Of a stretch of 64,000 nucleotides of DNA, positions 26,353 through 35,691 are shown one piece after another. Both the position numbers and the translations under genes were made by a program. Below the pieces are notes generated by a model that searched no databases, had not been told where the DNA came from, and saw only the letters and a list, made by a program, of their open reading frames with translations. Source of the DNA: Spirochaetia bacterium (lineage in GTDB: Bacteria > Spirochaetota > Spirochaetia > SZUA-6 > Bin103); assembly GCA_965203905.1 (NCBI GenBank), contig CBDBDQ010000005.1, forward strand, positions 3,776,001 to 3,840,000, given 5' to 3'. Within the stretch, counting starts at the first letter, position 1; each line of letters begins with the position of its first letter.

Positions 26353-28202
26353 GCACTGCGGTCCATCCTTGCCAGTTCCTCGACGACGGCTGCCTGCACC
26401 TCACGCACCAGGAACGGCTTGCCCTGCACCTTGGACAGCCGCCGCGCAATGACGCCGTAGGCGTCGGCGATCAGCATCCGCAGCTGCCCCAGGTTGAGTT
26501 CCGGGATCAGCACCTGCTCGAACCGCTGCAGCACGGTACCGAGGTTCGCCGGGAACGGATTCAAGTATCGCACGTGCGCGTTGGACACGGCCACGCCCTG
26601 GGCGCGCAGCTTCTCGCAGGCGGTGGTGATGGCGCCGTAGGTGCTGCCCCAGCCGAGCACCAGCAGTCCGCCGCGATCGGGTCCCTGTACTTCGACGGGT
26701 GGGATGCCGGCCGCGATCCCGGCGATCTTTCGTGCGCGCAGCCGTATCATGCGCTCGTTGTTCTGCGGATCGTAGCTCACGTTGCCGGTCACGTCTTCCT
26801 TGGCAAGGCCGCCGACGCGATGTTCCAGCCCCGGGGTGCCGGGGATCGCCCACGGCCGCGCCAGGGTACGGGGATCGCGGGTGTAGGGTTGGAAGCCCTC
26901 CGGATCGGTGCGGAACTGCACCGGTACGGAGGGCAGGTCGTCCATCGCCGGGATCCGCCACGGCTCGGAGCCGTTGGCCAAGTAGCCGTCGGAGAGATAC
27001 AGCACCGGGGTCATGTAGGTGACCGCGATGCGGAACGCCTCCAGCGCCATGGCGAAGCAGTCGCCGGGGGTGGCCGGGGCGACGATGGCTACCGGCGCTT
27101 CGCCGTTGCGGCCGAACATCGCCTGCAGCAGATCCGCCTGCTCGGTCTTGGTGGGCATGCCGGTCGAAGGCCCGGCACGCTGCACGTCGATCACCACCAG
27201 CGGCAACTCCACCACCACCGCCAGCCCCAGCGCCTCACTCTTCAGCGCCAGCCCCGGACCGCTGGTTCCGGTCAGCGCCAGCGAGCCGCCGAAAGCGGCG
27301 CCGATCGCCGCGCCGATCGCCGCCATCTCATCCTCCGCCTGGAAGGTGACGATGCCCAGGTTGCGATGCCGCGCCAACTCGTGCAGCACCGTGCTGGCGG
27401 GGGTGATGGGGTAGCTGGCGTAGAACAGCGTCCGGTCGGCCAGATGTGAGGCGGTGATGAAGCCCAGGGCGGTGGCCTGGTTGCCGGTGATGTTGCGGTA
27501 GGTGCCGGCCGGAAGCGCCGCCGGGGGCACCCGGTAGGCCGAGGTGAACAGCTCCGTGGTGTCGGCGAAGGCGTAGCCGGCCTTGAGCGCCGCGGTGTTG
27601 GCGGCCACGACCTGCGGCCGCGAGCCCCACTTTTCCTGGAACCAGCGCAGGGTGGGCTCCAGGGGCCGGTCGTAGAGCCAGTAGATGATGCCCAGGGCGT
27701 AGAAGTTCTTGGAGCGTCCGGCCTGGCGCGGGCTCAGTCCCAGGTGGGCGAGCGCCTTCTCGTTCTGCGAGGTGATCGGCAACCCGATCACGCGGTAGCT
27801 GCTCAGCGAGTCGTCCTCGAGCGGGTTGCTGTCGTAACCGGCCTTGTTGAGGCCCTGTGCGGTGAACGAATCCTCGTTGACGATCAGCGTGCCGCCTTCC
27901 GGGATCTCCTCCAGGTTGGCCTTCAGGGCCGCCGGATTGAGCGCCACCAGTACGTCCGGGGCGTCCCCCGGGGTATGGATGTCTTCGCTGGCGAAGCTGA
28001 TCTGGAACGCGCTCACGCCGGGCAGCGTGCCTGCCGGAGCGCGGATCTCCGCCGGGTAGTCGGGCAGCGTCGACAGGTCGTTGCCGAACACCGCCGAGGT
28101 GTTGGTGAGCTGAGCCCCCACCACCTGCAGGCCGTCCCCCGAGTCGCCGGCAAAGCGTACGGTGACCCGGTCCAGTTCGGCGCGGGATGCGGTAGGGTCC
28201 AT
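26346..28202 (-). CDS. korA: 2-oxoacid:acceptor oxidoreductase alpha subunit (fused gamma)
   Basis: FAGDSGDG.Q, YPAEIRAP.G, YPITPAS, QAEDE, QRAGPSTGMPTK.EQ. Confidence 0.95.
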   Translation of the reverse strand: MDPTASRAELDRVTVRFAGDSGDGLQVVGAQLTNTSAVFGNDLSTLPDYPAEIRAPAGTLPGVSAFQISFASEDIHTPGDAPDVLVALNPAALKANLEEIPEGGTLIVNEDSFTAQGLNKAGYDSNPLEDDSLSSYRVIGLPITSQNEKALAHLGLSPRQAGRSKNFYALGIIYWLYDRPLEPTLRWFQEKWGSRPQVVAANTAALKAGYAFADTTELFTSAYRVPPAALPAGTYRNITGNQATALGFITASHLADRTLFYASYPITPASTVLHELARHRNLGIVTFQAEDEMAAIGAAIGAAFGGSLALTGTSGPGLALKSEALGLAVVVELPLVVIDVQRAGPSTGMPTKTEQADLLQAMFGRNGEAPVAIVAPATPGDCFAMALEAFRIAVTYMTPVLYLSDGYLANGSEPWRIPAMDDLPSVPVQFRTDPEGFQPYTRDPRTLARPWAIPGTPGLEHRVGGLAKEDVTGNVSYDPQNNERMIRLRARKIAGIAAGIPPVEVQGPDRGGLLVLGWGSTYGAITTACEKLRAQGVAVSNAHVRYLNPFPANLGTVLQRFEQVLIPELNLGQLRMLIADAYGVIARRLSKVQGKPFLVREVQAAVVEELARMDRSAN

Positions 28203-28690
28203 CAGGCACCGTCCGGCGCGCGCAGCCGCTGATGCGGCCGCGGCGGTAGATTGAGGAGGCGATCCGGCAACAGCTCGGCCAGAAAGTGGAACAGGTTGTG
28301 GCTGGTCAGGACTCCGATGTAGCCGCGCGCACCGTCGGCGATGGGGATGTGGTGGTAGCCGCCGGTCACCATCGGCTCGATGGCGGCGCTCAGCGGCGCC
28401 ATCGCGTCCAGCGTCGTCGGGTTGGCGGTCATGAAGTGTCGCACCGGTGCCGCGGGCATGCCGTCCGGCGTCACCGCCCGCATCAGCAGGTCGTGCTCCG
28501 TAAAGATGCCCGCCAGGCGTCCGTCATCCATCACCAGTACGTACCCGAAGCGCGAGGACTGCATGGTGGTTACCACTTCGCGCGCCGCGGTGTCGCCGCC
28601 GACCGCAAATGCCGGCTCCAGCGAGATGGATCCGATGGGGTGATGTTCCAGCTCCCGGTAAATTGGCACGCCGCTGCTTCCTGCTACCAT
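28202..28690 (-). CDS. CBS-pair protein
   Basis: GIFTEHD, FMTANP, YHHIP, C-terminal NLPPRP; TGATG overlap with korA; start may be GTG 28669. Confidence 0.85.
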   Translation of the reverse strand: MVAGSSGVPIYRELEHHPIGSISLEPAFAVGGDTAAREVVTTMQSSRFGYVLVMDDGRLAGIFTEHDLLMRAVTPDGMPAAPVRHFMTANPTTLDAMAPLSAAIEPMVTGGYHHIPIADGARGYIGVLTSHNLFHFLAELLPDRLLNLPPRPHQRLRAPDGA

Positions 28691-28794
28691 TGTCTACCCA
28701 TCCACGCGCAAAATCAACCTTAAGTGGCCGGTGTCCGTCGCGCAGGACGCTGATGGCGTTGAACACTCGGCCGTGGTGGCCTACCGTGGCGCCC

Positions 28795-29526
28795 GTGGAT
28801 GATGAGACCGTCGGCGCCGCGCTCCCCGCCGGCATCCTGTTCGACATGGACGACACGGTCGTCGACACCTACCGCGCGTCGCGCGTCGCCTGGGAAGAGG
28901 CCGCCGCGGTGGTGGCACGCGAGCACGCGCTGGACCGGCAGCGGTTGCTGCAGGCATTTCTGGCCGCCGACCGCTGGTACTGGCAGGAGCCGGAGCGGGA
29001 GGACTGGGGGCGCCTCAACCAGGCCGGGGCGCGTGTCCGCATCGTCCGTCGCGCGCTGCAGCAGCTCGCCTGGCGCGACGACGGCATCTCGCGCTGGGTC
29101 GGGCCGTTCGTGGTGCAGGCCCGGGTCCGTGTGCTGCAGCCGTTCGCCGGTGCCCTGGAGACGCTCGCCGAGCTGCGCCGCAGGGGAGTGGCGCTCGCGC
29201 TCGTCACCAACGGCGAGGCGGCGAGCCAGCGTGCCAAGATCGAGCAGGTGGGGCTGGCGCAGCGCTTCGACCTGGTGCTGGTGGAGGGAGAGTTCGGCAC
29301 CGGCAAGCCAAAGCCGGAGGTGTTCGAGCACGCCCTGGCGGGAATCGGCGCGCGGCCGGACGACGCCTGGATGGTAGGCGACGACCTGGCCAAGGACATC
29401 GCCGGCGGCAAGGCCGCGGGATTGCACACGGTGTGGGTCGACAGCCGTGCCGAGGGGCTGCCGCCGAACCCGGCCGCGCGCCCGGACCGCATCGTGCAGG
29501 CGATTGCGGAACTGCTGCCCGGGTAG
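28795..29526 (+). CDS. HAD-superfamily hydrolase
   Basis: FDMDDT, VTNG, GKP.P, MVGDD..KDI; TTGAAC-N17-TACCGT lies 7 nt before GTG 28795. Confidence 0.9.
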   Translation: MDDETVGAALPAGILFDMDDTVVDTYRASRVAWEEAAAVVAREHALDRQRLLQAFLAADRWYWQEPEREDWGRLNQAGARVRIVRRALQQLAWRDDGISRWVGPFVVQARVRVLQPFAGALETLAELRRRGVALALVTNGEAASQRAKIEQVGLAQRFDLVLVEGEFGTGKPKPEVFEHALAGIGARPDDAWMVGDDLAKDIAGGKAAGLHTVWVDSRAEGLPPNPAARPDRIVQAIAELLPG

Positions 29527-29530
29527 TGCC

Positions 29531-30733
29531 ATGCGGCCGTTCGACGTGGCGGTGATCGGAGCCGGACCGGCGGGAGCCACGGCCGCGCTGCGGCTGGCTC
29601 GGGCGGGGCTGAAGGTCGCGCTGGTGGACCGGCGGCGGCCGCCGCGCTACAAGACCTGCGGCGGTGGGGTGGTGCTGCGCGCCCTGCGGCTGCTGCCGGT
29701 GGACGTGGCGGCACGGGTGCGGCGCGAGGTGGTCGAGGCGGTGTGCCGGCGGGTGACCGTCGGCCGTCTGCGCAGCGGCTCCGAGACCACCTTCAGCCTG
29801 CGGCGGGCCCCCATCTACATGGTGATGCGGGATCGCTTCGACGCCCTGTTGGCAGGAGCGGCTACCGCCGCAGGAGCCCGCCTGGTGGTGGCGGACGTGG
29901 CGTCGTTGCACGTCGACCGGGATGGCGTAGCGCTGGCCCTGGCCGGCGCCGGCGAGCTGCGCGTCCCCGTGGTGGTCGCCGCCGACGGGGCCACCGGGGT
30001 GTGCGCCCGATACGCCGGGATCCGACCCGCGCGCGCGCCGGCGCTGGAGTGCGAGGTGCGGGTGGGCAGCCGCGACTGGCAACGGCTCGGACAGTCGGCG
30101 CGCTTCGACTTCGAGCTGCTGGACGATGGCTACGCGTGGTCGTTCCCGAAGGCCGACGGCCACCTGTCGATGGGAGTGCTCAGCATGACCCGGCGCCGTG
30201 CCGGGCTGCAGCGTACATTCCACGACTACCTTACCGCGCTGGGTCTCGACGAGGTACGCTCCGTCGAACGTCACGGCTTTCTGATTCCGCTGCGCGGGAC
30301 CCGTCTGGCTGCCGGCGGCGGCCGCGTGCTGCTGGTGGGCGACGCTGCCGGTTGCGCCGATCCGCTTACCGCCGAGGGCATCTCCGGTGCTATTCTCAGC
30401 GGTACGCTGGCGGCGGCGGCGATCGAGTCGGCTCCCGCGGAAACGGCCCCGGCGCGGAGGTACCGCAGCCTGATGCGACGCTGGCTGCTGCGCGACCTGC
30501 GGGTGGCGAAGGCGTGGGCAGGAGCGCTGTACACGCGGCGCCTGACGCGGGGCCTGCTGCTGGCCCGCTTCAGTCCGGCGCTCTCCCGCACCCTGCTGAT
30601 CATGAGTGGCGAGGCCAGCTATCGCAGCGCCCTGCTGCCGCTTCCCGGCAGGCTGCTGCCGGCGGCGCTGCCGTGCAGCGCCGAGACTAGATCGCCCAGT
30701 GCTTCCACATGTCTTCAGGCACGTCGAACTTGA
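29531..30733 (+). CDS. Geranylgeranyl reductase-family FAD-dependent oxidoreductase
   Basis: VIGAGPAG, PRYKTCGGG, ADG, GYAWSFPK, VGDAAG..DP.TAEGI. Confidence 0.85.
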   Translation: MRPFDVAVIGAGPAGATAALRLARAGLKVALVDRRRPPRYKTCGGGVVLRALRLLPVDVAARVRREVVEAVCRRVTVGRLRSGSETTFSLRRAPIYMVMRDRFDALLAGAATAAGARLVVADVASLHVDRDGVALALAGAGELRVPVVVAADGATGVCARYAGIRPARAPALECEVRVGSRDWQRLGQSARFDFELLDDGYAWSFPKADGHLSMGVLSMTRRRAGLQRTFHDYLTALGLDEVRSVERHGFLIPLRGTRLAAGGGRVLLVGDAAGCADPLTAEGISGAILSGTLAAAAIESAPAETAPARRYRSLMRRWLLRDLRVAKAWAGALYTRRLTRGLLLARFSPALSRTLLIMSGEASYRSALLPLPGRLLPAALPCSAETRSPSASTCLQARRT

Positions 30734-31424
30734 TCCGATCCAGGTCGGTACGGGCGAATCGGGACACGCAGGCCATGCGTACCACGGTGCCGTGATTGTT
30801 GCCGGCCTCGTGCATCAGCAGGTGGTGCCAGAACACGGTCGATCCCGCCGGCCCGGGGTTCTCCACCGGCTCGGGCAGGTCCACGAAGTTGCCGTCGCGG
30901 TCCTGGAACGCCTTGAGTCCGTCCAGGAGCGGGTGGCTGCGAAAGTACTCGTACGCGTGCCGGTGGGTGCCGGGCCAGACCGTGAACGCGCCTGACCGCG
31001 GCTGCACGTCGTTGACGTTGACGGTCACGGCGATCGTGAACGAGTGCACGACCCCGGGTTTCGCATAGCCGTCCAGGTGTCCGTGCGCGGGGTGCGTCCA
31101 CTCCGATTGCGGCCGTCCGGTCGGAAACACCGGCTTGGCGAAGGTGTGGTTGTGCACCTCCAATTCATGGCCCGCGAGCTCTTCGCACATTTCTTGAAGC
31201 GGCGAATCGGTGAGGGTGGCGCGCACGTCCGGATGTGACGTGACCTTCAGATTCCCCTTCGTCCCCGCGTCGATGAAGCTCTGCGGGTCGTTGCGGTCGA
31301 GCCCGATCTCGTCGTAGAAGCGATCGGCCGCTTTGGCGAGAAGTTCACGGTCGACGACATCCGGCTTGCGTACGAACCCGTGCTCCTTGAAGTGCTCGAT
31401 CTCCTCCCGCGTGAAGAACGCCAT
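30687..31424 (-). CDS. Phytanoyl-CoA dioxygenase (PhyH) family protein
   Basis: FKEHGF, GHLDG, FTVWPGTH, WHHLLMHEAG.N....R. Confidence 0.85.
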   Translation of the reverse strand: MAFFTREEIEHFKEHGFVRKPDVVDRELLAKAADRFYDEIGLDRNDPQSFIDAGTKGNLKVTSHPDVRATLTDSPLQEMCEELAGHELEVHNHTFAKPVFPTGRPQSEWTHPAHGHLDGYAKPGVVHSFTIAVTVNVNDVQPRSGAFTVWPGTHRHAYEYFRSHPLLDGLKAFQDRDGNFVDLPEPVENPGPAGSTVFWHHLLMHEAGNNHGTVVRMACVSRFARTDLDRIKFDVPEDMWKHWAI

Positions 31425-31493
31425 ACGACGACCGTATCGACTACGCGCATGCCTGTCTCCTGTCGCAGTGGCCGCTGGACCGCCTGCGGCCGG

Positions 31494-32951
31494 TCAAGCT
31501 CCGCTGAGGTAGGCGGCTACCGCGTTGGCGGTGGTGCGGGCCTGGCGGATGCAGTCGGGGATGCCGACGCCGTCGTAGGGGGCGCCGGCGAGCCACAGGC
31601 CGGGGGTGGCGGAGCAGGCCTGGTGGAGCTGGGCCAGCCAGTCGCGATGGCCGACGCGGTAGAGTGGGGTGCCGTGCGGCCAGCGCTGCACGTCGCGTAC
31701 CGCGGGCGCGGCCGCCTCGGCGATACCGCCGCCGAGGATGTCGCCAAGCTCGGCGCGTACCAGGGCGACCAGCTCGTCGTCGGTGTGGTCAAGCAGCTCC
31801 GGGTGACGCCAGCCGCCGAGGAAGCCACGTACCAGGACGCCGGCGTCCGGCACGCGTCCCGCCCACTTGCCGGAGCTCCAGGTGCATGCCAGCAGGCGGC
31901 TGCCCTCGCCGCGCGGTACCAGGAATCCCGAGCCGGGCAAGGGCAGCGCGACGGCGCGGTCACGGTAACCGAGCGTGACGATCGCGGAAGAGGTGGCCTC
32001 GGCGGCGCCGAGCAACGCGGCGAGCGGCGGATTGAGGCGGTTCACGAGCCGCGCCGCGGCCGCCGCCGGAGTGGTCACCACCACCGCCGTGGCGGTCAGT
32101 TCCTCGGCGTTGCCGGCCGCCGGACCCTCCAGGCGCAGGCGGTAGCCGCCGGCCGCGGCGCGGATGGCGGCTGCCGCGGTGCCGGTCCGCAGCGACCCGC
32201 CCAGACGCGCCGCCAGCGCGGAGCTGAGTTGCTGCATGCCACCGGTGAGGCTGGCGAACGGGCTGCCGCGCAGGTGCGGTAGCTGCGCCGGGGGCGTGGC
32301 GGCGGGACGACGCGCGCCGGAATGCGGCGAGAAGCCGTCCCGGGACGGCGGGGCGAGCAACGCGGGGAAGGTAGCCGCCAGGCTGAGCTGCCAGGGATCG
32401 GCCAGATGAATGCCCGCCAGCAGCGGCTCGCCGAGCACGCGCAGCAGCTCCGCCCCGTAGCGGCGCTGGACGTAGGCGCCGACGCTCTGGTCCGCGCCGG
32501 CGGCACGGCGCGGCGGCACCAGGGGATGCGCCAGCGCCCGCAGCCGGCCGGCCGGCGACAGCAGCGGCGAGCGCAGCAACGCCCACGGACGGGTAGGGTG
32601 GACCAGCCGCATGCCGGCCGGGATCGGCACCAGCCGGCCGCGGCGCAGCACGTAGGCGCCCCGCGGCTGCAGTTGTGGGATCAGTGCGTCTGCCAGGCCC
32701 AGCTCGCGGCACAGCTCGACCGCCGCCGGCTTGGCGGTCAGGAACGAGTCGGGACCGGCCTCGATCAGGAAGCCTTCGCGGCGCTCGGTGCGCAACTTGC
32801 CGCCGGGCCGCGGCGCCGCTTCCAGCACCACTACTTCGAGGCGTTCGGCCGCAACGCGGCGCTGCAAGTAGTAGGCCGTGGCCAGGCCCGTGATGCCGCC
32901 GCCCACCACCACCACGCGCCGGTGCGTGCCGGACGCACCCGGTTCGGTCAC
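31494..32951 (-). CDS. hemY: HemY-type coproporphyrinogen/protoporphyrinogen oxidase
   Basis: VVGGGITGL, GGK, IEAGPDSFL, ACTWSS.KW, Y.VGH, GVGIPDCI. Confidence 0.9.
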   Translation of the reverse strand: MTEPGASGTHRRVVVVGGGITGLATAYYLQRRVAAERLEVVVLEAAPRPGGKLRTERREGFLIEAGPDSFLTAKPAAVELCRELGLADALIPQLQPRGAYVLRRGRLVPIPAGMRLVHPTRPWALLRSPLLSPAGRLRALAHPLVPPRRAAGADQSVGAYVQRRYGAELLRVLGEPLLAGIHLADPWQLSLAATFPALLAPPSRDGFSPHSGARRPAATPPAQLPHLRGSPFASLTGGMQQLSSALAARLGGSLRTGTAAAAIRAAAGGYRLRLEGPAAGNAEELTATAVVVTTPAAAAARLVNRLNPPLAALLGAAEATSSAIVTLGYRDRAVALPLPGSGFLVPRGEGSRLLACTWSSGKWAGRVPDAGVLVRGFLGGWRHPELLDHTDDELVALVRAELGDILGGGIAEAAAPAVRDVQRWPHGTPLYRVGHRDWLAQLHQACSATPGLWLAGAPYDGVGIPDCIRQARTTANAVAAYLSGA

Positions 32952-33877
32952 CCGAGTTCCGCGGCGGCGGCTTCCTGCACCCGGTCGGCCAGTACCTCGA
33001 TCAGCTCCGGATCAGTGCCCAGGGAGGGAGTGCGCGTCACCGTGACGCCGAGCGACGCGCCGAGTTCGCGCAGCTCGATGTCGATGTCGAACAGGATCTC
33101 GACGTGGTCGGCCACGAAGCCGAACGGCACCACCGTCACCTCGCGCACGCCGTCGCCGGCGGCGCCGCGCAACTCCTCCTCCAGCGACGGCCCGAGCCAT
33201 GCCCCGGGGCGCGCCCCGGCCGACTGGAAACACTGCCGCCACTGCCGTGGCTGCAGGCCGGCATGGGTCGCCACCTCCAGCGCCGAGGCGCGAAGTTGCT
33301 CCGGGTAGGGGTCGCCGCCCGCAACCCACGCCTCCGGCAGGCTGTGGGCCGAGAACAGCACCCGCGCCCGCGCCGGGTCGTCCAGCGAAGCACGCACCTG
33401 CAGCAGGTCGCGCGCCACGGCGGCGATGAAGCGCGGGTGGTCGCAGAAGTGGGAGACGAAGGCGAAGCGCGGCGCCGCCGGCAGCTCCGCGACCGCGGCG
33501 CGCACCTGGTCCTGGTAGGCGCCGACGCTGCGCCGGGAGTAGTGCGGGGCCAGCGCCACTGCCACCGCCTCGGTCACGCCCTGCTCGGCCAGCCGCCGTA
33601 CCGCCGGTGCGATGCGCGGATGCCAGTGTCGCATCCCGACCACCGCCACCGCCTCCACGCCCCGTGCCTGCAGCGTGCGCCCCAGGACGGCGGCCTGCCG
33701 TTCGGTGATGCCGCGCAGGGGTGAGCCGCCGCCGATCCGGCGGTAGCGCTCGCGGATCTCCGCCACCAGCGCCGGCGGCGTCGGCCGCCCGCCGCGAATG
33801 TCCTGCAGGTAGGCGCCCACGTCATCCAGGGAGTCGGGGCCGCCATAGGCCATCACCAGCACCCCGAGCCGGCTCAT
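32948..33877 (-). CDS. hemH: Ferrochelatase (coproporphyrin ferrochelatase type by context)
   Basis: MAYGGP, RY..IGG.SPL, GMRHW.P, FSAHSLP, GDPY, WLGP, FVADHVEILFDID. Confidence 0.95.
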   Translation of the reverse strand: MSRLGVLVMAYGGPDSLDDVGAYLQDIRGGRPTPPALVAEIRERYRRIGGGSPLRGITERQAAVLGRTLQARGVEAVAVVGMRHWHPRIAPAVRRLAEQGVTEAVAVALAPHYSRRSVGAYQDQVRAAVAELPAAPRFAFVSHFCDHPRFIAAVARDLLQVRASLDDPARARVLFSAHSLPEAWVAGGDPYPEQLRASALEVATHAGLQPRQWRQCFQSAGARPGAWLGPSLEEELRGAAGDGVREVTVVPFGFVADHVEILFDIDIELRELGASLGVTVTRTPSLGTDPELIEVLADRVQEAAAAELG

Positions 33878-34944
33878 GAGCCAGTCCCGTTCCCGCCGCG
33901 TGCGTCACCCGCCGCTGGCACCGGGAAGCCATGCACGATCTCCACCAGCCGTGCCACCGCATCCGGCGGGGTCTGCGGCAGGATCCCGTGCCCGAGGTTG
34001 AAGATGTAGCCCGGATCGGTTCCGGCGGCGGCCAGGACGGCACCGGCCCGCCGTTCCAGCACCGTCGGCGGCGCGAACAGCAGCGCCGGCTCCAGGTTGC
34101 CCTGCAGCGCCATCGGTTCCGGCAGCAGCCGTCGCACCGCCGCCAGGTCGACGCGCCAGTCCACGCTCAGCACCTCGCAGCGGAGGCCGGCCAGCAGCTC
34201 CAGCAGGCCGCCGGTCCCGGTGCTGAAGTAGATCAACGGGGCTCCCGCCGCCCGCACGCCGTCGCACACCTGCTGCACGTAGGGCAGCACGTACTCGCGG
34301 TAGTCGGCGGCGGCCAGCGCTCCGGCCCAGCTGTCGAACAACTGCAGTACCTGCGCCCCGGCCGCCACCTGGGCGGCAAGGTACTCGCTCACCATCCGCG
34401 CCAGCTTGTCCATCAGCATGTGCCACGCCTCCGGTTGCTCGAACATCAGCCGCTTGGTAAGGGTGAACTGGCGCGAGGTGCCGCCTTCTACGGCGTAGGT
34501 GGCGAGGGTAAACGGCGCTCCGGCGAAACCGACCAGAGCGACCGCCGGCGGCAGCTCGGCGCGCACCAGCTCCAGGGCGCGCAGCGTGGCGCTCACGTTC
34601 CGCTGCGGATCAGGTACCTGCAGCGCGGCGATGTCGGCCGGCGTACGGATCGGGTTGTGGATCGCCGGACTGGTGCCGTTGCCGAACGACACTTCGAGGC
34701 CCATGCCCATGAGGGGCGGCAGGATGTCGGCGAAGATGATGGCGGCGTCCAGGTCGAAGCGCCGCAACGGCTGCAGGGTGACCCTGGCCGCCAGCTCCGG
34801 GCTGCCGATGATGTCGAGCATGCCGTGACGGGCACGCAGCGCGCGATACTCCGGCAGGTAGCGGCCCGCCTGCCGCATCAGCCAGATCGGCACCCGCTCC
34901 AGCGGCTGGCGCCGGCAGGCGGCAAGCAGCGGAACGGCGCTCAC
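33874..34944 (-). CDS. hemE: Uroporphyrinogen decarboxylase
   Basis: PIWLMRQAGRYLPEY, DAAIIFADI, GFAGAPFTLATY, QLFDSW, FNLGHG. Confidence 0.95.
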   Translation of the reverse strand: MSAVPLLAACRRQPLERVPIWLMRQAGRYLPEYRALRARHGMLDIIGSPELAARVTLQPLRRFDLDAAIIFADILPPLMGMGLEVSFGNGTSPAIHNPIRTPADIAALQVPDPQRNVSATLRALELVRAELPPAVALVGFAGAPFTLATYAVEGGTSRQFTLTKRLMFEQPEAWHMLMDKLARMVSEYLAAQVAAGAQVLQLFDSWAGALAAADYREYVLPYVQQVCDGVRAAGAPLIYFSTGTGGLLELLAGLRCEVLSVDWRVDLAAVRRLLPEPMALQGNLEPALLFAPPTVLERRAGAVLAAAGTDPGYIFNLGHGILPQTPPDAVARLVEIVHGFPVPAAGDARGGNGTGS

Positions 34945-34969
34945 GCGCAGCCGCCGGCGCCGGCAGGCA

Positions 34970-35674
34970 TCACGCGAACAGCTCGAGCGCGCTTGCCTCC
35001 GGGTGATGGAGCGCACTCGTCAGGGGCGTGTCGCGCTCGGTGTAGGCACGTGCCTCGGTGCTGCGCAACTGGTTCACCAGGTCGGAGAAGCGGGTCAGGT
35101 CGTCGGTCTCGTAGACCACCACGAACTCCTGGTCCTGCACCCCGACCGAGTAGAGCAGGAGCTGGGTGATGTCGGGGTACTCCTTTCCCACCCGGATGTG
35201 GCCGTTCATCATCCCCTGGCGGGTGTCGCGGCTCAGGGCGTACCAGGAGCTGGTCTTGACGAAGGGATAGATCACCAGGAAGGGCCTGCGGGCCGGGGTG
35301 AAGGGATCTATCTCCTGCGCGGAGCGGGTCCTGGTATAGGTGGAGGGGCGCGTGAAGCCCCACAGCGGCTGCTTCACTTCCAGCAGCGGACGCAGCGGCG
35401 CGAGCACCCCGGCGAAGTCGCGAAAGTAGGAGTGGACGCGATCCGGATCCGCCGCCCGCAGCGCGCTCCACAGCAGCAGGTCGGCGCTGTCGTGGAGAGG
35501 AAACACCTGGTAGAGGTGCAGGGCGTCGGCCACCCCGGCCAACCCCTCCCACAGTGCCTGTCGCTGCTGCCGGCGCGCGGCCGCGTCGAGTTGCCAGTAG
35601 GCGCTGGTGAAGCGCAGCAGGGCGAAGTGGCTGAGCGTGCGGGGCGTGGTGCGGGACGTTTCGGGGGCTGCCAT
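34970..35674 (-). CDS. hemQ: Chlorite dismutase-family protein, coproheme decarboxylase (ChdC/HemQ) by context
   Basis: YPFVKT..WY.LS...RQGMM.GH..VG..Y, S.G..DQEFVV.YE, LRSTEAR.Y; located inside the hem operon. Confidence 0.85.
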   Translation of the reverse strand: MAAPETSRTTPRTLSHFALLRFTSAYWQLDAAARRQQRQALWEGLAGVADALHLYQVFPLHDSADLLLWSALRAADPDRVHSYFRDFAGVLAPLRPLLEVKQPLWGFTRPSTYTRTRSAQEIDPFTPARRPFLVIYPFVKTSSWYALSRDTRQGMMNGHIRVGKEYPDITQLLLYSVGVQDQEFVVVYETDDLTRFSDLVNQLRSTEARAYTERDTPLTSALHHPEASALELFA

Positions 35675-35691
35675 GGGTTCGAGCTCCTGGA

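Noticed and set aside
30687-30733. 47-bp convergent overlap of the reductase and PhyH genes as a regulatory feature
   Set aside because: Short 3' overlaps are common in GC-rich genomes where stop codons are scarce.
34970-35674. Chlorite dismutase implying chlorate respiration
   Set aside because: Its position inside hemA-hemE-hemH-hemY and the lack of a signal peptide favour coproheme decarboxylase.
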